Positions 11,241 to 23,400 of a stretch of DNA of 64,000 nt are shown here, piece by piece; position 1 is the stretch's first letter, and the number at the start of each line of letters is the position of its first letter. The notes under the pieces were generated by a model that saw nothing but the letters and a program-made list of their open reading frames with translations, was not told where the DNA came from and did not search any database. Source of the DNA: Nemertoderma westbladi (lineage: Eukaryota > Animalia > Xenacoelomorpha); NCBI GenBank assembly GCA_032718475.1, contig JAUCBJ010007475.1:18617-82616 (forward strand), read 5' to 3'. The position numbers were made by a program, and so were the translations under genes.

Positions 11241-14200
11241 ATGATGCCACACTTACCTACAGTACCTGTTCTACCTCAACCCTGATGCCACACCTACCTA
11301 CCTACCTACCTACCTTGCTACCTCAACTCTGATGATGCCACACTTACCTGCCTGTTTAGATGCCACACTTACCTACCTGTTCTGATGCCACACTTCCTAC
11401 TTGTTCTGATGCCACACTTACCTTCTTGTTCTGATGCCACACTTCCCTAAATGTTTTAATGCCACACTTACCTACTTGTTCTGATGACACACTTACCTAC
11501 CTGTTCTGTTGCCACACTTACCTCTTGTTCTGATGCCACACTTACCTACTTGTTCTGATGCCACACTTACCTACCTGTTCTGATGCCACACTTACCTACT
11601 TGTTCTGATGCCACACTTACCTACTTGTTCTGATGCCACACTTACCTACCTGTTCTGATGCCACACTTACCTACTTGTTCTGATGCCACACTTACCTTCT
11701 TGTTCTGATGCCACACTTACCTTCTTGTTCTGATGCCACACTTACCTAACTGTTTTGATGCCACACTTACCTACTTGTTCTGATGCCACACTTACCTACC
11801 TGTTCTGATGCCACACTTACCTACTTGTTCTGATGCCACACTTACCTACTTGTTCTGATGCCACACTTAACCTACCTGTTCTGATGCCACACTTACCTAC
11901 TTGTTCTGATGCCACACTTACCTTCTTGTTCTGATGCCACACTTACCTTATTGTTCTGATGCCACACTTACCTAACTGTTTTGATGCCACACTTACCTAC
12001 TTGTTCTGATGCCACACTTACCTACCTGTTCTGATGCCACACTTACCTACCTGTTCTGATGCCACACTTACCTACCTGTACTAATGCCACACTTTCCTAC
12101 TTGTTCTGATGCCACACTTACCAACCTGTTCTGATACCACTCTTACCTACCTATTCTGATGCCACACTTATCTACCTTGCTACCTCAACTCTGATGCCAC
12201 ACTTACCTACCTTGCTACCTCAACTCTGATGCCACTCTTATCTACCTTGCTATCTCAACTCTGATGCCACTCGTATCTACCTTGCTACCTCAACTCTGTT
12301 GCCACACTTACCTACCTTGCTACCTCAACTCTGATGCCACACTTACCTACTTGTTCTGATGCCACACTTACCTACTTGTTCTGATGCCTCACTTATCTAC
12401 CTGTTCTGATGCCACACTTACCTACTTGTTCTGATGCCACACTTACCTACCTGTTCTGATGCCACACTTACATACTTGTTCTGATTCCACACTTACCTAC
12501 TTGTTATGATGCCACACTTACCTACCTGTTCTGATGCCACACTTACCTACTTGTTCTAATGCCACACTTACCTACCTGTTCTGATGCCACACTTACCTAC
12601 GTGTTCTGATGCCACACTTACCTAACTGTTCTGATGCCACTCTTATCTACCTATTCTGATGCCACACTTATCTACCTTGCTACCTTAACTCTGATGCCAC
12701 ACTTACCTACCTTGCTACCTCAACTCTGATGCCACTCTTATCTACCTTGCTATCTCAACTCTGATGCCACTCTTATCTACCTTGCTACCTCAACTCTGAT
12801 GCCACACTTACCTACCTTGCTACCTCAACTCTGATGCCACTCTTATCTACCTTGCTACCTCAACTCTGATGCCACACTTACCTACCTTGCTACCTCAACT
12901 CTGATGCCACTCTTATCTACCTTGCTACCTCAACTCTGATGCCACACTTACCTACCTTGCTACCTCAACTCTGATGCCACTCTTATCTACCTTGCTACCT
13001 CAACTCTGATGCCACTCTTATCTACCTTGCTACCTCAACTCTGATGCCACACTTACCTACCTTGCTACCTCAACTCTGATGCCACTCTTATCTACCTTGC
13101 TACCTCAACTCTGATGACACACTTACCCACCTTGCTACCTCAACTCTGATGCCACTCTTATCTACCTTGCTACCTCAACTCTGATGCCACACTTACCTAC
13201 CTTGCTACCTCAACTCTGATGCCACACTTACCTACCTTGCTACATCAACTCTGATGCCACACTTACCTACTTGTTCTCGATGCCACACTTACCTACTTGT
13301 TCTGATGCCACACTTACCTACCTGTTCTGATGCCACACTTACCTACTTGTTCTGATGCCACTCTTATCTACCTATTATGATGCCACACTTATCTACCTTG
13401 CTACCTTAACTCTGATGCCACACTTACCTACCTTGCTACCTCAACTCTGATGCCACACTTACCTACCTGTTCTGATGCCACACTTACCTACTTGTTCTGA
13501 TGCCACACTTACCTACCTGTTCTGATGCCACACTTACCTACTTGTTCTGATGCCACACTTACCTACCTGTTCTGATGCCACTCTTATCTACCTTGCTACC
13601 TCAACTCTGATGCCACACTTACCTACCTTGCTACCTCAACTCTGATGCCACACTTACCTACTTTTTCTGATGCCACACTTACCTACTTGTTCTGATGACA
13701 CACTTAGCTACCTGTTCTGATGCCACACTTACCTGATTGTTCTGATGCCACACTTACCTACTTGTTCTGATGCCACACTTACCTACCTGTTCTGATGCCA
13801 CACTTACCTACTTGTTCTGATGCCACACTTACCTACCTGTTCTGATGCCACACTTACCTACTTGTTCTTATGCCACACTTACCTACTGTACCTGTGCTAA
13901 CCCAACAACTCTGATGCCACACTTACCTACTGTACCTGTGCTAACCCAACAACTCTGATGCCACAATTACCTACTGTACCTGTGCTAACCCAACAACTCT
14001 GATGCCACACTTATCTACTGTACCTGTGCTAACCCAACAACTCTGATGCCACAATTACCTACTGTACCTGTGCTAACCCAACAACTCTGATGCCACACTT
14101 ACCTACTGTACCTGTGCTAACCCAACAACTCTGATGCCACACTTACTTACTGTACCTGTGCTAACCCAACAACTCTGATGCCACACTTACCTACTGTACC

Positions 14201-15117
14201 TGTGCTAACCCAACAACTCTGATGCCACACTTACCTACTGTACCTGTGCTAACCCAACAACTCTGATGCCACACTTACCTACTGTACCTGTGCTAACCCA
14301 ACAACTCTGATGCCACACTTACCTACTGTACCTGTGCTAACCCAACAACTTTGATGCCACACTTACCTACTGTACCTGTGCTAACCCAACAACTCTAATG
14401 CCACACTTATCTACTGTACCTGTGCTAACCCAACAACTCTGATGCCACATTTACCTACTGTACCTGTGCTAACCCAACAACTCTGATGCCTCACTTACCT
14501 ACTATACCTGTGCTAACCCAACAACTCTGATGCCACACTTACCTACTGTATCTGTGCTAACCCAACAACTCTGATGCCACACTTACCTACTGTACCTGTG
14601 CTAACCCAACAACTCTGATGCCACACTTACCTACTGTACCTGTGCCAACCCAACAACTCTGATGCCACACTTATCTACTGTACCTGTGCTAACCCAACAA
14701 CTCTGATGCCACACTTACCTACTGTACCTGTGCTAACCCAACAACTCTGATGCCTCACTTACCTACTATACCTGTGCTAACCCAACAACTCTGATGCCAC
14801 ACTTACCTACTGTTCCTGTGCTAACTCAACAACTCTGATGCCACACTTACCTACTGTACCTGTGCTAACCCAACAACTCTGATGCCACACTTACCTACTG
14901 TACCTGTGCTAACACAACAACTCTGATGCCACACTTACCTACTGTACCTGTGCTAACCCAACAACTCTGATGCCACACTTACCTACTGTACCTGTGCTAA
15001 CCCAACAACTCTGATGCCACACTTACCTACTGTACCTGTGCTAACCCAACAACTCTGATGCCACACTTACCTAAACTGTACCTGTGCTAACCCAACAACT
15101 CTGATGCCACACTTACC
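11241..15117. repeat. Composite minisatellite/satellite: shared core CTGATGCCACACTTACCTAC in blocks of 25-, 35- and 44-bp units
   Basis: Core+TTGTT/CTGTT (25), core+CTTGCTACCTCAACT (35), core+TGTACCTGTGCTAACCCAACAACT (44, from ~13870 to the end); on the order of 100+ units. Confidence 0.97.
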
Positions 15118-16356
15118 ACCTACAGTACTTGCAAAGCCTTCCTCAACTCTGGGCTTTGTCAAGAATTACTGTGTAATAACTACAGTAATTTGCTGAGTAT
15201 AATATTTTGAATCTTACTTGTTGTGTAGTATTACTTTCAATCGCTATTCCTGGCCCTTTTCAGAACATTTCTTATACTGTACACAGTATTATAGAACTAC
15301 TGCTATACTATACTAAATAGGGGCCTGGCCTACTGTACGTCAACTTCGATCTCAAACTGCACTACTGAACTTCGTTACGCCCTCCACTTATCCATCCAGA
15401 TTATTGTATGTGGGAAAGTATAGTACAGTACAGTACATAGTACACATACACACTATAATGCCCCTATTCAAAGTTTCAAATGAGTCCCTGTGTATGAGGG
15501 ATCATCACCTTGCAGAAACAACATCTCACAGTCTCAGATTCATCTTGCGCTGCTTCTCTTGCGTGATCGAACATGGACAATATATGATAGAGCGAGCCCT
15601 TCTGATATCAATAAATCAACAATCGAGCCGATTAATTTACATCATGGGGGTATCATACTTCAAAGGCATTTCAATTAAATACAGGGAGATATTGTTGGAA
15701 ACTGGATAGCTGACGACCTACGTTTGTATGTAAATCCACTCTCTGAGCTGAGGGGCATTTAGTTTATTTAATTGATGTCATTATTAATTAGACAGTCGTC
15801 TATAAATCTTGCAACGGTAAATAACTGTATGGTTATATTTTAACAAATACTTAGGCCTACTAAAAATTAGGTCTGCCTAAACGGTATTATTTTACATTTG
15901 TACAGCCTGCTCAAGTAGTAAAGTTGGGCATACTGTATATGGTTCGATCCACTCGATAATAGGGGAAATTACTGTAGTATCTAAAAACCTCCATAACTTT
16001 CGCCGTACAGTATGATCAACTTTCTTGATAAAAAGTCCTCTATAATATAAAGTGTTATTCATTATCTTAAAGGGGATACTGTAGTTTTGAAAGAGGACAA
16101 TTACCGAAAGCTACCGGAAGTTTTGCGAAAAGGTTATCGAAAAGGTTAAAGTTGGGGTGAAAGCTATCCATTCACAGATAGAGGGACAATTTCGCACTCT
16201 CAGCGTTCGATAGCATTCACAAACAAAAATATATGGGCTATAATTCAAATAATTGCTGTTTAATTTCAAATTTCCTTCGCGAAATATAAATTAACTGACA
16301 CAGTAAGGGCTCTACTACTACTAGTGCTAGGCTTGATGATTAGGCCTGACCTCAAT

Positions 16357-16946
16357 TGTGACGGGATCCCCGAGTTAGCGAGGGAATCCCGACCAGGTTT
16401 TGTCTTGGTTCAATACGCGTCGCCTCATCCGCTTGCTGTGGCTGAATGACTGAAGGCCGGTTACAATAAAAGAGTTTGGTGTTAATGTTGTTAATCTCTG
16501 ATAAGTATACAAGTACCGGTAGTATAGCACAATCAGTAACACAATGACAGCAGACAGCCGATAACGGTTGAAAACCGTTCGACTTCTGCTCACCAAATAT
16601 ACCAACTAAAGCACAATTGACAGAGTAACGGTTATATATTACATGGAACACATTAACTACCTAGGTTGGCTAAACCAGTGGATGCGCTGTAATTGGACAC
16701 ATGCTGTCCCTCCATTGGTCGATCTATCCCCTTGGCCAAACCTACCTTCCCCTGTTCCTATGCTAGCTTCTACCCTGAGATGAGCTGTGCGCTGGCATCT
16801 CTCCCTGTGGCTGGCACTGTGTATATTGCTAGGTGCCAATTGTTAGGTGACATTATATTGGTAATGTCACCTAATCAACTATAATTGGTAAAAAGCCACT
16901 TTCCCTATTTTCCGCTGGGTAGTGCAGCGAATTGGATCCGCTCACA
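16357..16946. mobile_element. Solo LTR (590 bp)
   Basis: TGTGACGGGATCC...GGATCCGCTCACA termini; 5-bp TSD TCAAT at 16352-16356 and 16947-16951. Confidence 0.8.
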
Positions 16947-17729
16947 TCAATTCAGTTACTTGATCACCAGGGCCGAGTAACTCAAAAAATCTTGAGATTG
17001 ACCTTGAAACTAACCTTGAATCTATTTTACTAGTATTCCTATCTGAAATATTTCAAGGTCAACCTTAAGGTAGACTTAAGATTTTCCTCAAGGTAAACTT
17101 GACATTTCAAGCCGGTAACACAAAATATCTTGACTTGAGTTGAAGTCAAGATTCGAGATAAATTTCAAGGTAGCCATGGAGGTACCTTCAAATTTCAATG
17201 TATCTTCAAATCAATGTTTCAGCAGTTAGCTGTTAGCCTTCCGCTACCGGTACCGTAAGCGGCATTTTTGCAGAATACCCCAGACCCGAAATTTCTAAAT
17301 GAAACTCAGTTGATCATGAATATAATGAATGATACTGTAGCTCGAGTTATACTGTACAGCGGCACTTCTAAGAGTATGTGTACCCATGACCGGGATTTTT
17401 TGGTAGTAGCTAGTTTTTGCTACTTTTTTTTAAATTTTCTATATCAAATTAGCTATAGTTTTGTAAAAAAAAAATGTTCTAGAACAAATATTTTTTGTTC
17501 TAGAACATTTAAAAAAAAATAAATTTATTAGAAATTATTTGTTATGTTAATAAATAGTTTAATTATCTATAAACATTGATAGCTACTAATTATTTTCAAG
17601 CTAGCTAGTGATTTTACAAGTTTAGCTATCATTTAAAAAAAATTTCAGAAATTAATTGAAATTATGTGTAATAAATTGTTTTTTTTTAATAATAGCTAAC
17701 TTGCAAAATCACTAGCTAGCCTGAATATT

Positions 17730-18370
17730 AAAACAACACCAATAAAAACCTGTCCCGGAGATCCCCTACCTTCTACAATCCTGAAGGGTTGCATCCACTT
17801 ATTAATTCCAGTGTTTGTATTAATCATCAACTTGTCATTCTCTACTGCAAAAGTACCGATCCTCTTCAAGGAGTCAACATTACGGCCCCTTATTAAGAAA
17901 GTGCGCCTTGATCCAAATGTTCTAAACAACTTCAGACCAATATCTAATCTGAAGTATATAGCTAAACTCACGGAGAGAGTAGTTGCAAGACAGTTAATGC
18001 ATAATTTAACTATAAACTCACTACATGAACCTTTTCAGAGTGCCTATCGTAGCGCACACAGTGTTGAGACCGTACAGTACGATGCATTGATGATGGTGAG
18101 AGTGTTATTTTGATAATGCTAGATCTATCCGCTGCTTTCGATTCGATCGATCACGATATATTGCTTTCCACTCTAAAGAACGATTTTGGTATCTACGGCC
18201 AGACTCTAAATTGGTTCAAATCTTATTTGTCAGATCGGATACAGAAGGTTCAGATAGGCTCAGCACAATCTGCTTCCAGAACATTGCGGTATGGTGTACC
18301 ACAAGGTTCGGTACTTGGACCCCTGCTTTTCACACTGTATACTCGGTCACTATCCCGCGTTATTGCTAAA
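17730..18370 (+). pseudogene. L2/CR1-group LINE reverse transcriptase fragment
   Basis: NFRPISNL.YIAKL.ERVV, FQSAYR.AHS.ET, LDLSAAFDSIDH, GVPQGSVLGPLLF; frameshift/deletion near 18080-18110; truncated at both ends. Confidence 0.85.
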
Positions 18371-18407
18371 TATTATGGTCAATATTGTAGTCAATACAGT
18401 TTAGTAG

Positions 18408-18566
18408 TGTTATTTCAGTAATTCGTATAATATTCTGATAATAACATGACTACAGGTATAGTAAATCACATGCAGAGAGAACAACATAACGATACCGGTA
18501 GGTATATAACACAGTAGTGATAGATCCCAGTGCAAACGGTAGTTGCACATAATAACAATAATAACA
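18408..18566 (-). repeat. Copia 3' LTR
   Basis: Near-identical to 33485-33639; preceded by AGTAG. Confidence 0.9.
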
Positions 18567-18693
18567 ATATCGTACCAATTTATTTATTTTTTTTTTATTT
18601 TTTTAACTCCTATATTTGATTACTTTCAATTTGATAGGGATCTGATTTATCCAATGCAGTTTATTGCGATACATTTCTTAAAGGTAGTGCTAT

Positions 18694-18996
18694 TTAATGC
18701 TTCCACAAATCAGTTAAAAGTTCAATAAAGACACGTGGGTCACTCAAGATCCGAGAAAGAATAGCAGATGCGGAACTCTTGGCTTTCGTTAGGGTATCTG
18801 CCAGCTGTAGTTTAGTAGGAACCCATTTAAGTAGTTGAATATCTCCAATACGTTCTTTAATAAATGCAAAATCAATTGCAAGTCGCTTCTCTTGAGGAAT
18901 TTTTCCACTGACAAGGTCGTAAACCAACCCTTGATGGTCACAATAGTAGTAGACGTTTTTAACTTCAAGTTTTGTGATATTCTCAATGAGTATCTT
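18694..18996 (-). pseudogene. Copia RNase H C-terminal part
   Basis: KILIENITKLEVKNVYYYCDHQGL...EKRLAIDFAFIKE...WVPTKLQLADTLTK; joins in frame to ...GQYIKI at 32231 once the BEL element and one TSD copy are removed. Confidence 0.88.
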
Positions 18997-20067
18997 TGTT
19001 CGCGGTATTTCAACTTTCCATAACGCGAGTTGAATATTTTTGTATTTATTTAAAATTGATTATTCCGATATTATTACTGGGTGCGGGACCATGGGTTTTG
19101 GGCACATTCAATAAACTGGGGGCGATTTATGGGCGAACTTTGGGGCAACTTACAGGGTACGGGAATAATTTCATAATTATAAGGGCCAGGGGGGGGGGGG
19201 GGATGGAGAATTCAAGCAGTATTCAGGTTAGCCTGAGTACTATTAGGCCCTGGCCAACTTCCTGCTGCCTGTAGGGGTGGATTTGGTAATGCGCCAGGCC
19301 TAAAGGACAAGGACTGCCCTTAGCGGTCCCTGGCCAACAGCAGCTATTACGAGACTGAAAAGAACTCGGACTGCTGACTGCTTGTGTCAGGGATTTGCGA
19401 CGGGAAACGACAGCCCCTTAGTAGCCAAGCCGTTCTGGTTCTCGATGATCGAACCCTTCGGGGTTCGTGAGGGGTGGAATGGACACGCGAACGGGTCCAC
19501 CGACACGACAGACTCCTAGCCAAGCCGTACTGGTTCTCGATGACCATCCTTCGGGGTTCGAGAGGGGCGGTACGGATACGCGACAGAGTCCACCGACTGG
19601 ACCGACCCTTAGCTAAGCCGTGCTGGTTCTCGATGATCGTTCCCTTCGGGGTTCGTGAGGGGTGGAACGGACACGCGACAGGGTTGACCGACACCGACAC
19701 TACGGCACTAAGACTAGGACCAAGGGAAAAATCTGGGGAACATTAGGTAGGCTAAAATCTGAGCGAACAGTGGGTAATTAAATAATATACCGTAGGGATT
19801 TATATTATCGTGTATAATTATTGTGAATATTTGGTGTATATTGATTTGGGGAAGCCCAAAATTATTCTTAATCAGGTTTCAACTGTAGGAAGTTACATTA
19901 AAGAGTATATCCAACTAATGCAGCTTTTTATCAACCGCAAACTTGCATCTCAGAAAACATTCCTTCTCCACAATCAATATCCGGTGACTGGCCGGGGCTC
20001 GGTGGTCTGTAAAGTCACGTCTCCAGCATCGGCGTTTTTCCCCCCTGGTGTAGGGATAACGGCAACA
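18997..20067 (+). repeat. BEL 5' LTR
   Basis: Matches 31157-32230 with about 8 substitutions and a few small indels; candidate poly(A) signal ATTAAA at 19897-19902. Confidence 0.97.
19422..19700 (+). repeat. Three ~94-bp tandem units in the LTR, each with a C(UUCG)G-capped hairpin
   Basis: Units start TAGC(C/T)AAGCCG at 19422, 19517 and 19610; e.g. CGAACCC-TTCG-GGGTTCG; copies in the 3' LTR at ~31579-31860. Confidence 0.85.
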
Positions 20068-20069
20068 AA

Positions 20070-20082
20070 ATTAAGAATAATT
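20070..20082 (+). promoter_or_regulatory. Putative self-priming primer-binding site
   Basis: ATTAAGAATAATT starts after a 2-nt spacer behind the 5' LTR and is the exact reverse complement of LTR 19860-19872 (AATTATTCTTAAT); no TGG-starting tRNA PBS is adjacent to the LTR. Confidence 0.6.
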
Positions 20083-20276
20083 ACGTTCAACTTCAACTGG
20101 TGGAAGTTGAGAATCCTTCAATACTCTTCAAAAACTCTCTACGTGCTTGCCAGCACCCACTACGAGGAAACTCGGGTATTTGAGTTGAGACGAAGTCGTG
20201 GTTTAATTAATCAACAAACTCGATCTAACCAACTCGTAGTCGGCAGATCACATATTTGGAGAGTTGTTAACAGGGA

Positions 20277-20468
20277 ATGGAAGTATCGATCACACCCATT
20301 GATATAATTCAAGTTGAGCCAGGAATCTGGCACGTCGAAGTTGAAGTACAAGGAACGAACGTCGGACGATTCAGGATTACCGTTCGGGTGGTCCAAGCTG
20401 AGTACAATACCTACGAGGAACTGTTTTATGACATCGCGTATCTAGCTATCGACGAGGCGTTACAATGA
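20277..20468 (+). CDS. Small upstream ORF (63 aa) whose stop overlaps the gag start (ATGA)
   Basis: ATG in GGGAATGG context; protein-like alternating hydrophobic pattern (WHVEVEVQG..RFRITVRVV); TGA 20466-20468 overlaps gag ATG 20465-20467. Confidence 0.45.
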   Translation: MEVSITPIDIIQVEPGIWHVEVEVQGTNVGRFRITVRVVQAEYNTYEELFYDIAYLAIDEALQ

Positions 20469-23400
20469 CGACAAATAACGTATCCGATACCGACGAGATG
20501 GATCACCACACAGACTCGGAAGCCGACGAGGTACCAAACGTCAAGAACATGACCCGTCGGCTAGGGGCTCTCAAAGGTGGAGTAACCCGGGCGTATCAAC
20601 GGATGGAGAAACAACTCAAGGGAGTCAAAACCCCCCTCAATGAAGTACAAACTCAGCTTCAAAGTATCCGAAATATCCTACAGCGGTACGAAAGAATGAT
20701 ACAGGCGTACCAAGAGCTCGTTCCCTCCACCGATCAGGAAAACTACCCCAAGTTGGAAGAACACGTTGTACATCTAGATGGGTTCCGCAAACAACACCGG
20801 AGGACCCTCAGCCTTGTGAGAGGCTATGAAGAACAGTATTACAAGAGGGCTGAAAGAACAGACGCGGAATCAGTACGATCCTCCAGCATCAGGACAGCAG
20901 TACATCGCAAGAGAACGGGGTCCGCTAGAAATCAGCACTCCAGCGCTAGGAGCGAGATATCCGGCTCAGCGCGCAGTTCTCAAGGGGCGCCGCCACTCCG
21001 AGACCAACTGCGAGAACGGAAGGCATTAGCCCTCAAAGCTCGGATGGAAGATGAGTATATTCAACTGCAAGCCGAGCAAGATGTATTAGCCGCCGAAACA
21101 CAAAGGCGAGAGGCCGAACAAGCGGCTGAACGGCAGGCCGAACAACGCGAACAGGAGGCCGAGCAACGCAAACGAGAGGACGAACAACATAGACGAGAGG
21201 ATGAACGGCAGGCCGAACAACGCAAACAGGAGGCCGAACAACGCAAACAGGAGGCCGAACATCGCGGACGAGAGGCCGAACGAGAGATCGAACAACGTAA
21301 ATGGGAAGCAGAAATGCGTTAACAACACGCCGAGGCACAAGCAATTCTCATCCACAAAAAGAATGCGGATATTGCAAAACTCGCGGAATACGAAGCCGCA
21401 CTTATAGAACGGGATATTCAACTCTACGAGGACTGGGAAAGGGATATAGATCAGGAATATGAACCAATCCCGGTACCGGAATTAGAAAAGTCATTTATAC
21501 CGACAGCGGCGAAACTTCCGAAACCCGAGATCCCGCCGACCAAACAGTCTACGCTATCGGCACAAGCACCGGTGTTCCATCCCCCACCGGCTACGCTAAA
21601 GAATGAGGAACCTTATTTCCCATCCAACACCACGACAGCGAGTGTACCCAAGTACGAGCCTGAAAAGGACTTGGAACGGGACGCCACTCCCCGATCTAAC
21701 AACCCATTTACATCCACACCACAAACTCGTAGCCGCGTCATTATTAAAACTCCACCTATTATTGATCCATCAAGTATGGGAGTGAGTGCCAATAACTATA
21801 ACCCTCCGAGTCACTCTAGTTCAGACGACGTCAGCATCATCCGGGCGTTGGAGAACCGCCTTGCCATGCCTAAGATGGAGATTCGCACCTTCGAAGGAGA
21901 TCCCGTCGATTACCTCAGATTCAAGAAATGGTTCTTTGCGCAGATCGGATCAACGGACATAGCCGACGCACAGAAGTTGGTATATTTATCGCAATACCTG
22001 GGTGACAAACCACGCAGAATTATTGCATGTTTTGAAGGAGGTTCTCATGAGGCATACTATGACGCATGGAAAACTCTAGATAAAAGATACGGAAATACCG
22101 GAACTATAATTAATAAAACTCTAGAGAGACTGATACAGGACGCGGGATCACTAGGGGACCCACAGAACATCCAGGAATTCTCCGACTCTATGAAGGATGC
22201 CTACTATACTCTGAAACCCTTAAATAAGGAGGACCAGGTGAACAACATTCTAAACCTCCGACAGATCGCCCGGAAGTTCCCTGGATGGCTACAAAGTAAG
22301 TGGGCTTATAAATGTGTAGATCTCCGGCGCAGACATCCAGATCGAGATCCTAGCTTCCTTGAAATGTCGGCATTCCTGGACGATATCTCCGAAGCCATGA
22401 ATGACTCGATGTTTTCAAAACAGAGTCTCGCAAAGTTGGACGGAATAGAGAGCAACTCCAGGAGTAAGATAACCCCTCCGAAACCGAGATTCCGCCCCCC
22501 ACCGGTGAGTACGATGGCCATCACCATGGCCGAGGATTCCGACGACGAAGACTACGAGGAACCGACATCCGCCGAGGAATGGGCATGTTATCTCGCGAGT
22601 TGGGCACCCGAAAGGGAAGGCATCACAAATTCCCTGCTCTGTCTCTTCTGTGGGGAGAAACATAAAGTGGAATTCTGCAGAAAGTTTCAGTTCGCCGAAC
22701 TCGTCCCACGCTTCGAGGCGATAATGAAACACCGAGGATGCTTCCGGTGTCTTGGAACAGGTCACTATGTTCGGGAGTGCGACCAAAGATCATGCTGTGC
22801 TGTCTGTAACGACCAACGCCATCACACGCTCCTCCACATCCCCGCGAACTTCGATTTTACTACCCTCCCCTTTCGGATCGAAGCCAGGCGAAGAGGAGAA
22901 ACAAACCACGTCTTCAAAGCAACCCGGACAACCCAACGGAGAGAAACCAACCCGTTTAAAATCTCCACCGATACACCACAAGTAACAAATATTTCGGCCA
23001 CGATTAATCTTATAAATCGCCGCTACATGGTCTTCGCAAAGGTAATCCCAGTAAGGATCCAAGGAGTCGGCAAATCTTTGACGACACTCGCGTTCCTCAA
23101 TAACGGGTCCGACGGAACCATCATCGACCGGGATTTCCTCGAGCAACTCGGCCTAGAATATGAACCTTGTAAACGGCCCATACAAACCATCACCGATAAC
23201 AGAGAGGTAGAGTCCGGGGAGGTGCAACTCCAGATGGAAGGAGTGATGAAGGGCTACGAAAAGGTTAAGTTAACCATCAAGAACGCCTTGGTACACACAG
23301 ACCTCCGGGTGCGGTTCCGACAATCAGCCGAGTACGCACCCCTCATACAATTGGACCGAGACGATGTAGACCTGAGGTGCCCGCAGTTGGACGTAAACCG

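Noticed and set aside
11241-15117. CRISPR-like array (constant core with variable intervening sequence)
   Set aside because: The intervening parts are themselves repeated (only three types), there are no unique spacers and no cas genes, and the context is eukaryotic.
20087-20110. TGGTGGA at 20098 as a tRNA-Ala-type PBS
   Set aside because: It lies 30 nt from the LTR end, has only ~7 nt of plausible match, and sits in the hairpin TCAACTTC...GAAGTTGA; the self-complementary site next to the LTR fits the geometry better.
19810-20307. 165-aa ORF spanning the LTR end, and other LTR ORFs (18996, 19347, 19474, 31216-32281)
   Set aside because: No recognisable domain; frames differ between the two LTRs because of indels.
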